A stretch of DNA of 64,000 nucleotides from Candidatus Cloacimonadales bacterium (GTDB taxonomy: Bacteria > Cloacimonadota > Cloacimonadia > Cloacimonadales > JAFGVF01): contig CAXXOU010000004.1 in assembly GCA_963677495.2 (NCBI GenBank), forward strand, positions 576,001 through 640,000, read 5' to 3'. Positions 58,551-64,000 of the stretch are shown in pieces (position 1 is the stretch's first letter; the number at the start of each line of letters is the position of its first letter). Made by a program: the position numbers and the translations under genes. The notes under the pieces were generated by a model, which was not told where the DNA came from, ran no database searches, and worked only from the letters and a program-made list of their open reading frames with translations.

Positions 58551-58645
58551 GCAGGGAGTAGAGGGTGTACTTATAGTAGTTTTGTGTAAAATAATCTATT
58601 TGACAAATATGAATCTATTATGCTTCTATGTTAATAGGAGGAATA

Positions 58646-61618
58646 ATGAAACATATTATTGCGCTTATTCTTATAGCATTACCTTTAATGCTTTTTGGGT
58701 TTACTACAGTTTCCGGTGATGTTTCAGGTCAGACTTGGAGTACGGGAACTTACTTTGTTGAAAACTATATTTATGTAGAGGCTAATAGCACTTTAACAAT
58801 CGATGAAGGTGTTGTTGTCAAATTTAAAAACAATGAACTTTTAATTATTCGCGGTACACTTATCGCAACAGGTACAGAAATTAATCCGATTTACTTTACT
58901 TCGATTGATGATGATTCTGTTGGTGAGATAATATCAATTGAAAATGGTTCAGATGGAATGCCCGTACCCGGTGATTGGGATGGCATCGACTTGAACGGAT
59001 ACCAAGATGAACATCAAGGTATTGGAGAATTCGACTGGGTAATTGTTAGGTATGGCGGTAAACACTGGGGTAATGCAGATGCTAATGTACACTTTAATCA
59101 CTCAACTTCAGGGCATTTTATCAATAGTGTTAGTGAACACTGCGTTGATCAAGCAATAAAGATAAGTTCTTGCTCACCTGATATCACAGATAGCATTATG
59201 AGATTTAGTGAAAATCAAGGTATCTATGCCAATAACTTTTCAGGTACGCTTAACGGAAATACAGTTTATGACAATGGAAGTCATGGTATTGAAATAGATG
59301 GTCAATCATATCCGGTGGTTGATTATAATCAGTGTGAAGATAATGATGGCTATGGTATTTTACTGGATTACATAAAATTAACAAGTGTGGTTGGCAATAT
59401 AGGTTCTTCAAACACTATGAACGCAATTGCTCTCTCAGGAGAAATTGAAGCAGACTTTGAGTTATCTCCTTCTCCGGATTACCCTTTTGTTATTAACGAT
59501 CTCATTATAGTACATGAAGATGTAGTCTTTACTATTTATCCCGGTTCGATTCTTAAGGTTGAAGACGATAAATGCATTGAAGTCCATGGAACCTTATTTG
59601 CTAATGGTACAGAAGAGAATAGAGTTGTTTTCACATCTATCAAGGATGATTCATATATCGGTGACACCAATGGTGATGGAGATGCCACTTTACCTGAAGC
59701 AGCTGATTGGAGTGGAATCTATTTAGATGGTATGAATGACACTTATCAAGGTATTGGTGAGTTTGATTGGGTTATTGTAAGATATGGTGGTCGACATTGG
59801 AGTGGGGCAGAAGCGAATGTAGCTTTCTTCTTTTCTGAATCAGGACACTTCAATAATTCAATTAGTGAGTACTCTGTTGATCCTGCACTTAGAACCCATG
59901 AGTGCTCAATAGATATTACAAACAGTGTTTTTAGATACAGCGATAATGAAGGTATTAGATGTAACAACTTTAATGGTCTGATTAGTGGTAATCTTGTAAC
60001 AGATAATGGAAGTCACGGTATCAAAGTCGGACAGTATTGCACCCCTACTTTAAATAATAATACTTGCAATTACAATGATGGTTATGGAATCTACTTGGAT
60101 TATATCATTATAACTTCTATGTTTGGGAATACCGGATATGGCAACTCTATGAATGGCATTGCGATGTCAGGTATTATTGAAGAACATACTATTCTTCCTA
60201 ACAATGGTGATTACCCATACATCTTTAATAGCAATGTTACTGTTACGAGTGGGAACAATTTACTTATCCAACATGGTGCTGTAGTTAAGATCGATACTGG
60301 TAATGGTTTGATTGTAGATGGTTCAGTGATTATAGATGGTACAGCTTCGCAACCTGTAATCTTTACCTCTATTATGGATGATTCCTACTGTGGAGACACA
60401 AATAACGACGGAGACGCTACTACTCCCACTCCGGGTTGTTGGAAAGGTATTCATGTCGATGGTCGGATGCCTGATGATGAAGGTATAGGTGAGTTTGATT
60501 GGGCTATAATACGCTATGGTGGTCAACATTGGGGTGAAGTAGAAGCAGGAATCAAATTCAACGAAGCAGAATCAGGATATGTCAATAACTGCATCTTTGA
60601 GTACATAGAGGATGCAGCACTGAAAGTACAGAGCTGCTCTATTGAAGTAAACAACAGTACATTTAGATATAGTCAAGATCGAGGCATCCACTTCATAGAA
60701 TCAAACTCTCTAGTCAGAGGTTGTACCGTAGAAAGCAATGCCGGAGTTGGTATCGATATTGACGGGATTAGTGATGTTAACCTTGGTAACAATGACCTGT
60801 TAGATATGGGATTAAATACTATCAGAGGTAACGATGAAACTGATGGCTTGCAAATTAGAAATGATAATCAAAATCAAATAAATGCTTATTATAATATATG
60901 GGACTATTCTACAGTATCTGAAATTGATGCAGTTATCTATGATGATGAAGAGGATAGTTGGAGAGGTCAAGTAATGTTCGATCCTTGGTTTATCGGAACC
61001 ATAGCAGTTGATTTAGTAACTGATAGCAGCTTAGACTTTGAAACTGTTTCCGGTACTGATGAGATAACATTACCTGTTACAATTCAGAACATTGGTAATG
61101 CTCCTCTTGAAATATGGGAAGTAACAGTAAATGATGATGCCTTTGAATTTGAGTACGATGATACAGAGCTGCCTCCAACAGAACAACTTACTATCAATGT
61201 TACTTTTGACCCAAGTATTGATGGTGATTATTCAGCACAGCTAAGTATCTATAACAACTCTAATAACAATCCTCAAATTGATATTGAGCTAATAGGTACA
61301 GGACTAAATGTTGGCAATGACGATATAGTTAATCCTAATCAATTGACTTTCGCTGCATCTAACTACCCTAACCCTTTCAATCCTACAACATGTATCAAGT
61401 ACACAATCAAAGAGAGAGCTAAGACTACTTTGAAAGTGTATAACATAAAAGGCAGACTCGTGAATACACTTGTTAATGATATGAAAGATGCCGGAAAGCA
61501 TGAAGTTATTTGGAATGGCATTGATCATAACAATAAGCATGTAGCATCAGGAGTTTACTTCTATCGTTTGCAGAGTTCCAATGACTGCTTAACTAAGAAG
61601 ATGATACTTATGAAATAG
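58646..61618 (+). CDS. Secreted right-handed beta-helix protein with three ~244-aa internal repeats, an Ig-like (ASH-type) domain and a FlgD-Ig/T9SS-type C-terminus
   Basis: GGAGG RBS and MKHII signal peptide. FTSI.DD...GIGEFDW.I.RYGG.HW occurs three times. NYPNPFNPTT..YNIKGRLV..WNG.D...ASGVYFYRL. Confidence 0.85.
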   Translation: MKHIIALILIALPLMLFGFTTVSGDVSGQTWSTGTYFVENYIYVEANSTLTIDEGVVVKFKNNELLIIRGTLIATGTEINPIYFTSIDDDSVGEIISIENGSDGMPVPGDWDGIDLNGYQDEHQGIGEFDWVIVRYGGKHWGNADANVHFNHSTSGHFINSVSEHCVDQAIKISSCSPDITDSIMRFSENQGIYANNFSGTLNGNTVYDNGSHGIEIDGQSYPVVDYNQCEDNDGYGILLDYIKLTSVVGNIGSSNTMNAIALSGEIEADFELSPSPDYPFVINDLIIVHEDVVFTIYPGSILKVEDDKCIEVHGTLFANGTEENRVVFTSIKDDSYIGDTNGDGDATLPEAADWSGIYLDGMNDTYQGIGEFDWVIVRYGGRHWSGAEANVAFFFSESGHFNNSISEYSVDPALRTHECSIDITNSVFRYSDNEGIRCNNFNGLISGNLVTDNGSHGIKVGQYCTPTLNNNTCNYNDGYGIYLDYIIITSMFGNTGYGNSMNGIAMSGIIEEHTILPNNGDYPYIFNSNVTVTSGNNLLIQHGAVVKIDTGNGLIVDGSVIIDGTASQPVIFTSIMDDSYCGDTNNDGDATTPTPGCWKGIHVDGRMPDDEGIGEFDWAIIRYGGQHWGEVEAGIKFNEAESGYVNNCIFEYIEDAALKVQSCSIEVNNSTFRYSQDRGIHFIESNSLVRGCTVESNAGVGIDIDGISDVNLGNNDLLDMGLNTIRGNDETDGLQIRNDNQNQINAYYNIWDYSTVSEIDAVIYDDEEDSWRGQVMFDPWFIGTIAVDLVTDSSLDFETVSGTDEITLPVTIQNIGNAPLEIWEVTVNDDAFEFEYDDTELPPTEQLTINVTFDPSIDGDYSAQLSIYNNSNNNPQIDIELIGTGLNVGNDDIVNPNQLTFAASNYPNPFNPTTCIKYTIKERAKTTLKVYNIKGRLVNTLVNDMKDAGKHEVIWNGIDHNNKHVASGVYFYRLQSSNDCLTKKMILMK

Positions 61619-61629
61619 CTCAAACATTT

Positions 61630-61655
61630 AAGGGTAGGTGTTCCTACCCTTTTTT
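61630..61655 (+). terminator. Intrinsic terminator
   Basis: AAGGGTAGG-TGTT-CCTACCCTTTTTT. Confidence 0.8.
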
Positions 61656-61786
61656 ACATCATTCTGCTTCTTTATCACTGAATTACCCATTTTAAAATAC
61701 AACAAATCGAAGTTGGAAGCAACAATAAATTGACAATCAATTCCTTTTCCTGTATGGTATAAAATATCAAGAGATAAGGAGATGTT

Positions 61787-62650
61787 GTGCAGGAATATTG
61801 GTTCAACAGAACGATTGGCTACATTGAACAAAGGCTGACAAGCAACTTAGAGATGGAGTTGATTGCAGATCATGCAGGTTATAGCTTAACTCACTTTCAT
61901 AGGTTATTCTTTCAAGCGACCGGTCATACTTTGAAAGGATACATAAGACGAAGACGATTAGCTCTAGCACAGCATGAGTTAACTATAACCAATAGTAGTA
62001 TTGCAAAGATAGCCGGTAAGTATGGTTACAAATCCCACGAAGCTCTGACGAGAGCTTTCAAGAAAGAGTTTGGCATAACACCAACTGATTATCGTAAGCA
62101 TCCCCATAAACTTGATATTGTTAAGAATCTTTCGAAAGAGACATTTAGAACATCAGATGAGACCAGTACCTTTTTAGATCCACAATTGGTTAAATTTGAA
62201 GGTTTCAATCTGGTAGGACTTAAACGTAGGATTAAGCCCAATGATCCCGTAATAAAGGATCTGGTCATTGAACTTCACAATCGTTTCCCTGAGATCGCTA
62301 CACGAGTGAAGAAGGAAAAATGTTATTGGCTCTGCAAGAATGCTGAACCGGATGACGAAGGAAACTTGCTGATGTTTGATACTTATCCCTCATTTGAACT
62401 GCTACCAAAATACAAATGTCCGAAAGGCTGGTATTTGAATGAAGTAAAAGCAGGGGAGTACCTTTGCTTTACTCATCGTGGTTCCACTGATAAGCTGAAA
62501 GATAGCTATGTGTACATCTATAGGGATTGGTTTCCAAACAGTAAGTATATTCCATCCATGGATGAGGATTTTGAAGTTTATGACAGTCGATTTAAACCTG
62601 AATCAGAGGATTCTGAATTGTATATTATGATTCGTATAAAGCAGAAGTAG
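61787..62650 (+). CDS. AraC family regulator with a C-terminal GyrI-like effector domain
   Basis: GYSLTHFHRLF..YIRRRRL..YGYKSHEALTRAFKK.FG.TP, then GEYLCFTHRG..Y..WFP.S..DFEVY. Confidence 0.92.
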   Translation: MQEYWFNRTIGYIEQRLTSNLEMELIADHAGYSLTHFHRLFFQATGHTLKGYIRRRRLALAQHELTITNSSIAKIAGKYGYKSHEALTRAFKKEFGITPTDYRKHPHKLDIVKNLSKETFRTSDETSTFLDPQLVKFEGFNLVGLKRRIKPNDPVIKDLVIELHNRFPEIATRVKKEKCYWLCKNAEPDDEGNLLMFDTYPSFELLPKYKCPKGWYLNEVKAGEYLCFTHRGSTDKLKDSYVYIYRDWFPNSKYIPSMDEDFEVYDSRFKPESEDSELYIMIRIKQK

Positions 62651-62658
62651 GAGAAAGA

Positions 62659-63126
62659 ATGAAAATCGAAGCAATAGGCTATATAAAAAGAGATGAACAG
62701 GGAATTTATGTTCAATTGGAGAAGGATTATAAAAGTGCATTAACAGCAGTAGAAGGGTTCAGTTACTTAACACTAGTCTGGTGGGCTCATCTATATGCAA
62801 CTGATGATGCAAGAAAGATTAGAGTAATTGATAAACCATATAAGAAAGGACCTGACAAGATTGGTGTATTTGCCACTCGTTCGCAAGTACGCCCTAATCC
62901 CATCTGTATATCTCCAATGCCGGTTCAAAGCATTGATATGGAGAAAGGAATAATCAGAACCTGGTGGGTTGATTGTGAAGTAGATACACCGATTCTGGAC
63001 ATAAAACCTTACCATCCATGTTCTGATAGGGTGATGAGTGCAAAAGTGCCTGATTGGTGCTCTCATTGGCCTCAGAACTATGAGGAATCAGCTGAGTTCC
63101 CATGGGATCAAGAGTTTAACTTTTAA
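62659..63126 (+). CDS. tsaA: TsaA/TrmO-like SAM-binding methyltransferase family protein
   Basis: EGFSYL..VWWAH, GVFATRSQVRPNPI, TPILDIKPY. Confidence 0.8.
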   Translation: MKIEAIGYIKRDEQGIYVQLEKDYKSALTAVEGFSYLTLVWWAHLYATDDARKIRVIDKPYKKGPDKIGVFATRSQVRPNPICISPMPVQSIDMEKGIIRTWWVDCEVDTPILDIKPYHPCSDRVMSAKVPDWCSHWPQNYEESAEFPWDQEFNF

Positions 63127-63132
63127 GAAATG

Positions 63133-63163
63133 AAAAAAGGAGTTCCAATCGGAACTCCCTTTC
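63133..63163. terminator. Bidirectional terminator
   Basis: AAAAAAGGAGTTCC-AATC-GGAACTCCCTTTC between convergent genes. Confidence 0.8.
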
Positions 63164-63175
63164 ATTTATCTATTA

Positions 63176-64000
63176 TTACTTTAAATCAGCTTTATACTGC
63201 TCTAAGTTCTTCTTGTCCTGTTCAAGTTGAAGCATAAATGGATTGATGTTAATATTATCTGCTTCAGCTTTGAGAGCATTAAGAAGTGCTTTTCCTTCTT
63301 CGAAATAACCATTCTGCCTTGTAAGGTTAAAGATGAACTTAGCCATTGCATTGTTAGGCTGAACCATCTTTATCATAGAGAGAGCATATCTGCTACCGAT
63401 TTCAGGTTGTCCACTATTCATGAAGATAATACAAGCATTTTGATAAGTATCTACATCTCTTGGACGCATCTTAAGCTCTTTTTCTACGTATTCAACCGCT
63501 TCTTTAAGCATACCGGCATCAGCATACATCTGAGCAAGACTCATATTGAACTGTTCCTTATCTTTGATAAAGTCCAATGCTCTTTCGAGATAGCCAATAG
63601 CTTTGTCTGCTTGATCTCTGTTATGATAGTATTGTGAGATGCGCATGAATGCAGCTCCATAGTTATTGATAAGTCTGGAAGCATTTTCATCTTTATAAAC
63701 ACTATCATCGAAGATTGAACGATATGAATAGACTTTATCAACATTCTCTACAATAGTTTCAAGATCAATTCGGTCTTTCCCCGGAGTAGGTACAACTCTA
63801 TCTACCATACCAACGTTTACAAGATTGTTCTCGAATCCTGAAACATCAGAGCATGTTACTGCAAAGTAGATAGGTCTTTTACCAAAGTTATCTTTCACTA
63901 TCTGTAAAACAGCTAAGTCTTTTATCTGGAGTCCACCTTTCTCTTTAGGGATCTTAATCTCAAAGCTAAACTCAGGGGACGGTCCGTTAATCTTCACATA
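63176..64000 (-). CDS. C-terminal part (5' end outside the window) of a DUF2723-like membrane glycosyltransferase-type protein with TPR repeats
   Basis: D..VLQI...N...RPIYFAVT motif followed by TPR-like helices. The frame is open to the window edge. Confidence 0.6.
   Translation of the reverse strand, partial: YVKINGPSPEFSFEIKIPKEKGGLQIKDLAVLQIVKDNFGKRPIYFAVTCSDVSGFENNLVNVGMVDRVVPTPGKDRIDLETIVENVDKVYSYRSIFDDSVYKDENASRLINNYGAAFMRISQYYHNRDQADKAIGYLERALDFIKDKEQFNMSLAQMYADAGMLKEAVEYVEKELKMRPRDVDTYQNACIIFMNSGQPEIGSRYALSMIKMVQPNNAMAKFIFNLTRQNGYFEEGKALLNALKAEADNININPFMLQLEQDKKNLEQYKADLK

Overview
AT-rich chromosomal segment of an anaerobic Gram-negative bacterium. The secreted proteins with FlgD-Ig/T9SS-like C-termini and the DUF2723-like protein suggest Cloacimonadota or a related FCB lineage (inference). 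It carries housekeeping genes (purL, purF, dnaB, dinB, trmL, adk, ktrAB, rluD, hldA/hldC, hppA, pckA-like, gdhA, tRNA-Leu-CAG) and six large secreted modular proteins. The main candidates for novelty are: (1) a translationally coupled four-gene operon at 11.75-18.8 kb encoding a GDH homologue whose catalytic Lys is replaced by Tyr, two PPDK/PEP-synthase-type ATP-grasp proteins lacking the pyruvate barrel (one with a GAF-like N-terminus and a C-terminal nucleotidyltransferase), and a metallophosphoesterase, while an intact GdhA lies elsewhere in the window; (2) six intergenic elements built from short motifs at exact 11-bp spacing, mostly in inverted arms, with copies colinear despite sequence divergence; (3) a shared non-T9SS C-terminal domain ending WDRAFF-[YF]-[IV]-KAVAE; (4) a catalytically dead C10-peptidase/FN3-array protein missing from the ORF track; (5) a Cys/His-rich tail on the membrane pyrophosphatase; (6) GTAG-type REP mosaics with a 33-nt insertion module; (7) promoters with a strong TTGACA but no -10 consensus. 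No CRISPR array, rRNA, integrase or transposase was seen.
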